In this document: piece after piece, positions 7,686-14,778 of the stretch
How positions within the stretch are numbered: position 1 is the first letter of the stretch
Layout of the letters: each line of letters begins with the position of its first letter
The notes under the pieces: model-generated
What the model saw: only the letters and a program-made list of their open reading frames with translations
Databases searched by the model: none
Told to the model about the DNA's origin: nothing
NCBI GenBank assembly: GCA_023136205.1
Contig: JAGLRQ010000130.1
Coordinates: forward strand, 1-15,888
Length of the DNA: 15,888 nt
Direction: 5' to 3'
From: Candidatus Auribacterota bacterium
GTDB taxonomy: Bacteria > Auribacterota > UBA6266
Program-made: the position numbers and the translations under genes

Positions 7686-10074
7686 TAAGGGAACCTATAT
7701 TCGGAAAAGGGACGGCAGGCTTGTTCCGTTTGATAAAAAGAAAATAGCATCAGCTATATTCAAAGCTGCGAAAGCTGTTGGTGGTGAGAACAGGGAACTT
7801 GCCGAGGAGCTTGCGGAAGCGGGTGCTTTTTACCTCCGTAGAAACTATTCCGGTTCTGTTCCGAATATTGAGGAAGTACAGGATATAGTTGAAAAAATAC
7901 TTATTGAAACAGGGCATGCCAGGACGGCGAAAGCTTATATTCTTTACAGGGATTCGCGGGCGAGGAAACGACAGGAACTTAAAGTCAGAAAAAAAATTAT
8001 GCATTCGGGTAATTCCACAGACCTTGCCCTAATGGTTTCCCCGTCTTCGAAAGATCAAATGTTTAAGTGGGACAGGGCCAGGATAGTTCTCGCTCTGATA
8101 AGGGAAGCGCGTTTTCCGCAGCATGTTGCGGAGGAGATAGCGGCGGCAGTTGAAAAGAAAATTTTTAATTCAGGGTTGGATCAACTCTCCACATCACTCA
8201 TAAGAGAATTGGTTGATAATGAATTATTTTTAAGAGGTTATGATACTAAACTAAAAACTCAATCCATTATTGGTATGCCGACCTATGACCTTGAACAGTT
8301 GATTATGTCGAAGAGCAAAGAGAACAGCAACATAGCAACAAACAATCCCGAGGCTATTAACCTGTCGATAGCGGAAACAACCCTGAAACAATACGCTCTT
8401 GAAAAGGTTTTTAGTGAAGAAATTTCCGAAGCTCACCTGAAAGGGCAAATACATCTTCATGACCTTGGCTATCCAACGAGGGTCTATTGTTCAAGCCATT
8501 CTCTTGAATATCTTAAGAAATATGGACTTCAGCTTGCGAACCTTGATACGTCATCGGCTCCCGCAAAACATGCAAGGACGCTTACAGGGCACCTTAATAC
8601 TTTTCTTGCTTCTATGCAGGCATACTATGCAGGAGCACTGGGAGTAGGTTATATTAATGTATTTTATGCGCCTTATCTGGTCGGCATGTCATATGAACAA
8701 ATGAAGCAGGAAGCACAGTATCTTATTTTCAGTGGATCTCAGAACGCGTTTTCCCGCGGCGGCCAGACACTTTTTCTCGATTTTAATATTCACACAGGCA
8801 TTCCTAATTATATGAAAAAGGTACCTGCTATAGGGCCCGGAGGAAAATACACCGGTAAAACTTATAGTGAGTACGAGAAAGAAACCCGGATGTTTGCGAA
8901 AGCCATGCTCGAAGTATGGTCAAAAGGTGATAACGGCGGAAGAATTTTTGCATTCCCTAAATGCGATTTTCATATTAATAAAGAAACGTTTAAGGATCCT
9001 GTGCAGTTTGAGATTTTGAAATATGCCTGTGAAATTGCCAGTGAAAATGGGACACCGTATTTTATATTTGATAGGGATGAGGTGACGCTCTCGGCCTGTT
9101 GCAGACTGAGAACCAAGATAAAAGACAATTATATGCTTGAACATCCAGAGAGCATGCGTTTCTGCGGATTTCAGAATGTGACGGTTAATCTTCCCCAGGC
9201 TGCTTACCGGGCAGGGAAGGGGAATATGAAAGGTTTACTTAAAGAAGTGGAAAGGTGCGTGGGATTGTGTGTTAAGGCCCATCTTGAGAAGAAAGAGTTT
9301 ATTAATGAACTCATGAGATATCCCGGAGCGCCAATGTGGGAAGTCGGGAAGACGGCTCTGGATGGAAGGCCCTATATTGACCTTGAGCAGTGTACATACA
9401 TAATAGGGATAATGGGTTTAAACGAGGCAACACAGTTTGTTATGGGAAAAGAACTTCACGAAAATGAAGATGCCCTGAAGTTTGGATTGAAAGTTATTGC
9501 CCATATGTTTTTCCTTGCGAAACAGGCAGAAAAGAAATATGGAGTTAAATTTAGCCTGGAGGAATCTCCTGCCGAATCTGCGACCAGACGGTTGGCGAAA
9601 GTTGATATGCAGACTTTTCCTGAAGCCAGGCAGTATGTAAAAGGCGATTTTGAAAATGATGAATACTATTACACAAATTCAATTCACCTTCGCGCTGATG
9701 CGGAGGTGGATATAGTTACAAGGATTGAGAAGCAGTCAAAGTTTCATACCATGATAGAATCGGGAGCCATAATCCATGCTTTTGTGGGTGAAAAGCTTCC
9801 TTCCTCGGAAAGTGTTCTTAATCTTGTGAGAAAGACCTTTGAAAAAACTCAGGCGGCGCAGATTACAATATCACCGGAATTTACTATTTGCCGCCAGTGC
9901 AAAAAAAGTTTTATAGGCATTAAAAATTCTTGTCCGAATTGTTCTGCTGTTCGCATTCCGGGTGTGGAAACGCTTAAGGAAAAAACTTTGTCCATAAAGT
10001 GGAAAAGAAATCGGTTTGCGGCAAAAAGATGCGAGCCTGAAACAAAAACGGAAAAAATAAAAGTAAAAGCTTAA
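7669..10074 (+). CDS. nrdD: anaerobic ribonucleoside-triphosphate reductase (class III), large chain lacking a canonical glycyl-radical motif
   Basis: N-terminal ATP-cone (YIRKRDGRLVPFDKKKIASAI...AKAYILYRD), IHLHDLGY, the SACCRLR Cys motif (codons at 9097-9102), YYTNSIH, and the C-terminal Zn ribbon CRQC(x11)CPNC (9889-9942). After the ribbon it reads SAVRIPGVETLKEK plus a Lys-rich tail instead of R[IV]xGY...WN.GK. ATG 7669 with GAGGGG upstream is preferred to GTG 7654. It overlaps the nrdR end. Confidence 0.9.
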   Translation: MIKEVDKGTYIRKRDGRLVPFDKKKIASAIFKAAKAVGGENRELAEELAEAGAFYLRRNYSGSVPNIEEVQDIVEKILIETGHARTAKAYILYRDSRARKRQELKVRKKIMHSGNSTDLALMVSPSSKDQMFKWDRARIVLALIREARFPQHVAEEIAAAVEKKIFNSGLDQLSTSLIRELVDNELFLRGYDTKLKTQSIIGMPTYDLEQLIMSKSKENSNIATNNPEAINLSIAETTLKQYALEKVFSEEISEAHLKGQIHLHDLGYPTRVYCSSHSLEYLKKYGLQLANLDTSSAPAKHARTLTGHLNTFLASMQAYYAGALGVGYINVFYAPYLVGMSYEQMKQEAQYLIFSGSQNAFSRGGQTLFLDFNIHTGIPNYMKKVPAIGPGGKYTGKTYSEYEKETRMFAKAMLEVWSKGDNGGRIFAFPKCDFHINKETFKDPVQFEILKYACEIASENGTPYFIFDRDEVTLSACCRLRTKIKDNYMLEHPESMRFCGFQNVTVNLPQAAYRAGKGNMKGLLKEVERCVGLCVKAHLEKKEFINELMRYPGAPMWEVGKTALDGRPYIDLEQCTYIIGIMGLNEATQFVMGKELHENEDALKFGLKVIAHMFFLAKQAEKKYGVKFSLEESPAESATRRLAKVDMQTFPEARQYVKGDFENDEYYYTNSIHLRADAEVDIVTRIEKQSKFHTMIESGAIIHAFVGEKLPSSESVLNLVRKTFEKTQAAQITISPEFTICRQCKKSFIGIKNSCPNCSAVRIPGVETLKEKTLSIKWKRNRFAAKRCEPETKTEKIKVKA
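9966..9974 (+). repeat. direct repeat copy 1 (GGAAACGCT) in the nrdD 3' region
   Basis: GGAAACGCTtAAG at 9966-9978 versus GGAAACGCTgAAG at 10244-10256 (12 of 13 nt). Both copies are read in frame as E-T-L-K in their respective ORFs. Confidence 0.6.
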
Positions 10075-10091
10075 GATAAAGGAAGATAAAC

Positions 10092-10388
10092 ATGGAGATT
10101 ATAAGTTTTGTAGACAGATGTATAGGGGAAGGTCTGGAGTGGTCTGACGGTGAATATGGAAAAGTTGACGGAATATTTGTAAAGGACCCTTGTCGAGGCG
10201 TGCATTCTCATTTTTCAAAGGACGTTATAGAGAAAAACGATTGGGAAACGCTGAAGACTCAGATTTATCAGGGAAAAGATATTTACCATGTGACCCGGAT
10301 TGTCGGATATTTTTCAAGAATAGAAAACTGGAATAAAAGCAAGCTGGGAGAACTTAAAGACAGACAGAAAGGAATCTATACTTTGTAA
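10092..10388 (+). CDS. stand-alone NrdD-type glycyl-radical domain protein (98 aa)
   Basis: The C-terminal 35 residues, GKDIYHVTRIVGYFSRIENWNKSKLGELKDRQKG, are the canonical class III RNR glycyl-radical terminus (R-I-x-G-Y...W-N-K.K..E..DR) with Gly72 at 10305-10307. AAGGAAG RBS 6 nt upstream of ATG 10092. It is in a different frame from nrdD, 17 nt after the nrdD stop. The N-terminal ~60 aa are not recognisable to me. Confidence 0.75.
   Translation: MEIISFVDRCIGEGLEWSDGEYGKVDGIFVKDPCRGVHSHFSKDVIEKNDWETLKTQIYQGKDIYHVTRIVGYFSRIENWNKSKLGELKDRQKGIYTL
10244..10252 (+). repeat. direct repeat copy 2 (GGAAACGCT) inside the 98-aa ORF
   Basis: See copy 1. The copies lie 278 nt apart. Confidence 0.6.
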
Positions 10389-10444
10389 ACTGTAAAAAAG
10401 GATAAAAATTATTTAACGGGCAATATAAAGAGGAAGGAGTTTTT

Positions 10445-10720
10445 ATGAAAATAAAAATTTTTGGGAAATCAAATTGTGCAAAGTGTGAAACAACAAAAAA
10501 CAAATTCAACCATTTTCTTGAAAAATGGGATTGCAGGGATAAAGTTGAGCTTGTGTTTTTCGATATGGACACCGTTGAGGGAATGGCAGAAGGGGCTTTC
10601 AATGACGTTTTAAATATACCTGCCACGATAATTGAAAGAGACAATCGTCAAATAGCCAGGTGGGATGGAGAAGTTCCCAGATCCGAAGAATTTAAAACGC
10701 ATTTTTCCAACCTTAACTAA
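10445..10720 (+). CDS. glutaredoxin/NrdH-like thioredoxin-fold redoxin (CxxC)
   Basis: 91 aa. Beta-strand then CxxC at the N-terminus (MKIKIFGKSNCAKCETTK), a candidate cis-Pro loop (NIPATII), and size and layout typical of small Grx/NrdH/YruB-like proteins. Strong RBS AGGAAGGAG upstream. Confidence 0.7.
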   Translation: MKIKIFGKSNCAKCETTKNKFNHFLEKWDCRDKVELVFFDMDTVEGMAEGAFNDVLNIPATIIERDNRQIARWDGEVPRSEEFKTHFSNLN

Positions 10721-10730
10721 TATGTTATAA

Positions 10731-11447
10731 ATGCAGTCTCTTCCCGATATTAGAGGTTTTATAAAAAACACTTTGATAGAGTGGGATGGCCTGATTTCTT
10801 CGGAGGTATTTTTGCCGGGGTGTAATTTCAGGTGCCCCTATTGCCATTCATATGAACTTTTTACAAAACCCGATGAACTTGATGCCGTCAGCTGGGATGA
10901 TGTGTGCAAGTATCTGGATGAAAAGAAGGGCTGGGTTGACGGACTTGTCCTTTGCGGCGGTGAGCCTTTCATGAGCAGAGGAATATTGAATTGCCTTGAA
11001 ATGTTAAAGAATCGCGGTATCAAAGTTAAAATCGATACGAACGGTTATTTCCCCGAGGAATTGCGAAAAGCTATTGCCAGGCAGCTGGTTGCCTATATTG
11101 CGATGGATATAAAAGCGCCTTTGAATGCCCTGGAGTATTCGCGCGTTACAGGTGTAAACAATGTTGATATTTTGAAGTTGGTGGAATCGATAAACCTGAT
11201 TAAAAAATCGGGGATTGATTATGAATTTCGCACGACAGTGTGCCCGGTTTATATAAACAAAAAAAATGTCGTTGAGATTGCAAAATCAATAGAAGGCGCG
11301 AAAAAATATTCACTCCAGCAGTTTAACCCAAAGAACTGCTATAGTACATCTCTCAGGGGAATAAAACCGTATTTAAAGGAAGAAATATATGAGATGAAAA
11401 AACTTGTTGCCCCTTATGTAGAGAGTTGTATGGTAAAAGGAGTATGA
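10731..11447 (+). CDS. nrdG: anaerobic ribonucleotide reductase activating protein (radical SAM, NrdG2-like)
   Basis: IRGFIKNTLIEWDGLISSEVFLPGCNFRCPYCHS carries the CX3CX2C radical SAM cluster in the context typical of NrdG activases. GGEPF SAM-binding motif. Located in the nrd operon. Confidence 0.88.
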   Translation: MQSLPDIRGFIKNTLIEWDGLISSEVFLPGCNFRCPYCHSYELFTKPDELDAVSWDDVCKYLDEKKGWVDGLVLCGGEPFMSRGILNCLEMLKNRGIKVKIDTNGYFPEELRKAIARQLVAYIAMDIKAPLNALEYSRVTGVNNVDILKLVESINLIKKSGIDYEFRTTVCPVYINKKNVVEIAKSIEGAKKYSLQQFNPKNCYSTSLRGIKPYLKEEIYEMKKLVAPYVESCMVKGV

Positions 11448-11475
11448 AGAGAATTGTTTACCGTGGAGAGTTTGA

Positions 11476-12474
11476 ATGAGAGAAAAAGAGGCTCTTTTTG
11501 GTGTTAAGGAGGGGGATGAAATTAGATGTACTTTATGCCCGCACAGGTGTCTTCTTTCCGAAGGTTCTCTTGGAGTGTGCAGGACACGAAAGAACTCCAA
11601 TGGGAAGCTTGTCACTCTGATTTATGGCTGTGTAAGCAGTTTAGCACTTGATCCTATAGAAAAAAAACCTCTGTATCATTTTTATCCGGGGAAAGATATA
11701 TTAAGCGCGGGCACAGTAGGCTGCAACTTTCACTGCCCTTATTGCCAGAACTGGCAGATTTCGCAGAATGTGGAAGCTGTATGCAGTTACATTTCTCCTG
11801 AAGAATTGGTTGGCCGGGCTCTTAAAGAAAATTCCATAGGTATTGCCTATACATATTCGGAACCCCTAATATGGTATGAATATGTCAGGGACTCCGCTGA
11901 GCTTTGCAGAAAAAAGAATCTTAAAAATGTTTTAGTAACAAACGGTTATATAGAACCGAAACCCCTGGAAGAGCTTTTGCCTTTGATCGATGCGATGAAC
12001 ATAGATCTTAAATCTTTCAGAGAAGATTATTACAGGCGTTTGTGTGGAGGAAGCCTTGAACCTGTCCTGAAGACTATAAGATTGTCTTCCCGACACTGCC
12101 ATGTAGAACTTACCCATCTTATTGTTCCCGGGGAAAATGATTCTGTTCAGGAAATTGAAGGAATGTGCGGGTGGATAGAAAAAGAGATTGGAAAGGATAC
12201 ACCATTTCACATAAGCAGATATTTCCCGAATTATAAGTTTGATACCCCTTTTACGCCGGATACTATTCTTAAGCGAGCATATTCTATCGCTAAAAAACAC
12301 CTTAGTTACGTTTATATAGGAAATGCGGATTTACCTGGCGCGTCGGATACAAAATGCCCTTCTTGTGGAGAGGTTCTTGTAGGAAGAAGCGGTTATGACA
12401 CCAGGATTGTCTCAGTGAAAGATAATAAATGTTTAAAATGCGGCCAAAAAACAAAAATAGTCATGGATAGGTGA
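11476..12474 (+). CDS. amrS: AmmeMemoRadiSam system radical SAM enzyme (PFL-activase-like)
   Basis: Family-typical N-terminus IRCTLCPHRCLLSEGSLGVCRTRKNSNGKLVTLIYG...DPIEKKPLYHFYPG, then GCNFHCPYCQNWQISQ (radical SAM cluster), and the C-terminal Cys ribbon CPSCGEVLVGR...CLKCGQ. GGAGAG RBS upstream. Confidence 0.85.
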   Translation: MREKEALFGVKEGDEIRCTLCPHRCLLSEGSLGVCRTRKNSNGKLVTLIYGCVSSLALDPIEKKPLYHFYPGKDILSAGTVGCNFHCPYCQNWQISQNVEAVCSYISPEELVGRALKENSIGIAYTYSEPLIWYEYVRDSAELCRKKNLKNVLVTNGYIEPKPLEELLPLIDAMNIDLKSFREDYYRRLCGGSLEPVLKTIRLSSRHCHVELTHLIVPGENDSVQEIEGMCGWIEKEIGKDTPFHISRYFPNYKFDTPFTPDTILKRAYSIAKKHLSYVYIGNADLPGASDTKCPSCGEVLVGRSGYDTRIVSVKDNKCLKCGQKTKIVMDR

Positions 12475-12573
12475 AAAACAGGAGTTATAAAAATGGCTTG
12501 TATATATGTACATTATGAGTAATACTTTAGGAAGATTTGGTTGTCTATAGTCTGTTTTAAAAGGAATTCTATT

Positions 12574-12978
12574 ATGATGTTTCGCTTTGTTGGATTGTTA
12601 CTTTTAGTTTTTTTCCTGGCTTCTTGTGATGAGCAAGTACCGGATTATATTTTGCACAAGCTTCCATCAGGAAAAAAAATAAAACTGATAGGGGTCGGAG
12701 AGGTATCTTGTACCGGGGATAATATTGCTTTGATGCTTAAATATAAGACTGATTATAATATAAATAACTCTGTTGCTCTCCGTCGCGAAGTTAAAGAGAT
12801 ATGGCAATATTTTCAAGCGGATGTTGAAAAAGCCGGGTTAAAAAATGCTGTTATCAGTGTGGACGAGCCGTTGAAGAAGAGGCTAATTAAGGCAAACTGT
12901 TCATATAACTTTGCGATTTCAAAACAATCCGGTACTGCATGGAAATTTTCAAAGCCCAGACGATGTTATGATATATAG
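12574..12978 (+). CDS. small lipoprotein of unknown function
   Basis: MMFRFVGLLLLVFFLASCDEQ is a signal peptide plus lipobox (L-A-S-C). ATG 12574 has AAGGAA at 12561-12566. The track's TTG at 12541 would bury the signal peptide. The remainder shows no recognisable family. Confidence 0.6.
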   Translation: MMFRFVGLLLLVFFLASCDEQVPDYILHKLPSGKKIKLIGVGEVSCTGDNIALMLKYKTDYNINNSVALRREVKEIWQYFQADVEKAGLKNAVISVDEPLKKRLIKANCSYNFAISKQSGTAWKFSKPRRCYDI

Positions 12979-12985
12979 CTCATTT

Positions 12986-14629
12986 CTACGTTTCTTCTTG
13001 TTCTATCGTTAAATCCTGGATATCAGCTTTTTTCTCAAGGTTTTTATGCCATTCATAATAAACAATCTGTTGTTTTTCTCTGACAACTTTTTCTCTATAG
13101 TTTTCTTTTTTCTTTTCAAAAGCAGACATATCCGGTTTTACTGTATTGGTTATCCAGAGGATTACTGTTCCTGACATAATTTCTATCGGTTCGCTTAAAA
13201 TGTTTTCACCGATTGAAAATGCTACATTATTGAATTGTGGGCTTTCGTCACCCGCCTGTGTTTTAGAGGAGGCGGAAACGGATTTAGAAGTTTCAATGGC
13301 AAAACCGAGTTCTTTTGCTATATTTTCTAGCGGGGTATCCGGAGTTTTTTGAATTTTTTCTTCCATCCTTTTTCTTGATACACCGGCCTCTTTATATGCT
13401 ATCTTTTTTGCTTTTGAGATTTTCAGCGATTCTTCGGCTCTATTTTTACAATTATCAAATGGAGGGATTTTTGATGGCATTTTTACCCTGGGAATAAGTA
13501 TCACGAATTCATTTCCGAGAAAGACAGGCGCGGATACCTTGTTAATTTCGGTAGTGAACGCGACTCTTGCGAATATTATAGGGTTGGAAATGCCTTTAAT
13601 TGATTCAAACCGTGTGAAAAAATCGGATTTTTGAAGCTGGACATTATGCTTTTTCGCGGCTTCTTCCGCTGACAGCTTACCGCTATCGATATCAAAAAAG
13701 ATATCCGTAAGTTTATTTGACACAAGATCAGAAGCTCTTTTCATTGTAAGGGTTTTTGATATATCCTCTTTGCATTCATCAAATGTTTTAAGAGAATTAT
13801 CCTTTTTTCTAAACCGCTCCTTATTCTTGCTGTAAAATGCTTCTTTTTCCGCATTAGTGATATTTATTGTCGGATCTTTATCATTGATTTCAAGTGTTAT
13901 GTAGTCTACTTTTACTTTTTCATCTACTCTGAAAAGCTCTTTGTTGTTTTTATAGTATTGCTCAATTTCTTCTCCGGTGCAGGAAACTTTGTCAACGTAG
14001 TTTTTATATGGAAAGGACAAGAAAGAAAGATCCCTTTTTTCATTTTCTTTTATGTAATATTTTTCCGCTTCGCTGTCAGTTACCATTATGTTGGTAGTTA
14101 TCAGGTTTTGAAGTTTTTCAATTAAAAGACTTCGCTTAAGTTCTTTTATAAACCCGGATTGAGTGCTGTTGAAAAAGAGGAAGCGGAGCACTGTATTGAA
14201 TTTATCTTCAGCAAAACGGCCTGAAGTCTGAAAGAGAGGAAACCTTGCTATCCATTTTGTCACTTCTTTGTCCGATACGAGTATTCCCATATCCCCGGCT
14301 TCCTTTTCGAACAGCAGTCTATTCCATGCTTCTTTTCTTAAGGCGCTTTCCTGGGATATTATGCTCTCAAGGACCTGTTTGTTCGCGAGGATTGTTTCAT
14401 AATTCTGGACTTTATAGAAAAGGCACAAGCTGATGATTTGCCAGGAGGCCGCTCCTCTTAAGCTGGAAGAATATTCATTGCTGTCCACGGGTTTGCCAAA
14501 GATGAATCCTGTAATTGGTCCTTCGGGGCTGCCGCCTCCGCCTCCGCCCCATAAAACAAAGGCTGGAATGATAAGAACCAATATACCTATAAGGATATAT
14601 TTTGAATATTTATGCATTTTTATAAGCAT
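12986..14629 (-). CDS. membrane-anchored periplasmic chaperone, PpiD/SurA-like (parvulin region degenerate)
   Basis: 547 aa. N-terminal anchor KYILIGILVLIIPAFVLWGGGGGGS, as in PpiD, followed by long helical SurA-N-like regions. A parvulin-end-like stretch is present (FARVAFTTEINKVSAPVFLGNEFVILIPRVK), but I cannot see clear catalytic parvulin motifs. AAGGAGAA RBS upstream of the ATG at 14629. Confidence 0.55.
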   Translation of the reverse strand: MLIKMHKYSKYILIGILVLIIPAFVLWGGGGGGSPEGPITGFIFGKPVDSNEYSSSLRGAASWQIISLCLFYKVQNYETILANKQVLESIISQESALRKEAWNRLLFEKEAGDMGILVSDKEVTKWIARFPLFQTSGRFAEDKFNTVLRFLFFNSTQSGFIKELKRSLLIEKLQNLITTNIMVTDSEAEKYYIKENEKRDLSFLSFPYKNYVDKVSCTGEEIEQYYKNNKELFRVDEKVKVDYITLEINDKDPTINITNAEKEAFYSKNKERFRKKDNSLKTFDECKEDISKTLTMKRASDLVSNKLTDIFFDIDSGKLSAEEAAKKHNVQLQKSDFFTRFESIKGISNPIIFARVAFTTEINKVSAPVFLGNEFVILIPRVKMPSKIPPFDNCKNRAEESLKISKAKKIAYKEAGVSRKRMEEKIQKTPDTPLENIAKELGFAIETSKSVSASSKTQAGDESPQFNNVAFSIGENILSEPIEIMSGTVILWITNTVKPDMSAFEKKKENYREKVVREKQQIVYYEWHKNLEKKADIQDLTIEQEET

Positions 14630-14778
14630 ACTAAAGTTCTCCTTTGTAATGATTTGAAAAAACGATTATAATGAATGATACTCTTGAGGTAAAGCAAAAA
14701 TATAATATTATTCTTAGGCCTGATATAAAGATGGTATGTGCTTTTATCAGAAAGGGTTATGGTTATAATATTGAAAAG

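Noticed and set aside
9975-10243. Group I intron or MITE as the identity of the segment splitting nrdD. The phage T4 nrdD intron was the precedent considered.
   Set aside because: By eye I could not find a P1 pairing partner for the upstream exon end, P7/R-S-like core sequences, terminal inverted repeats or an endonuclease ORF. The small ORF also has its own strong RBS, which favours two separately translated proteins. This is not formally excluded, and the test is listed under the findings.
14531-14550. GCC/TCC-rich short repeat (gccgcctccgcctccgcccc) that stands out in AT-rich DNA.
   Set aside because: It simply encodes the Gly6 linker after the membrane anchor of the PpiD-like protein on the minus strand. 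There is no evidence of an independent element.
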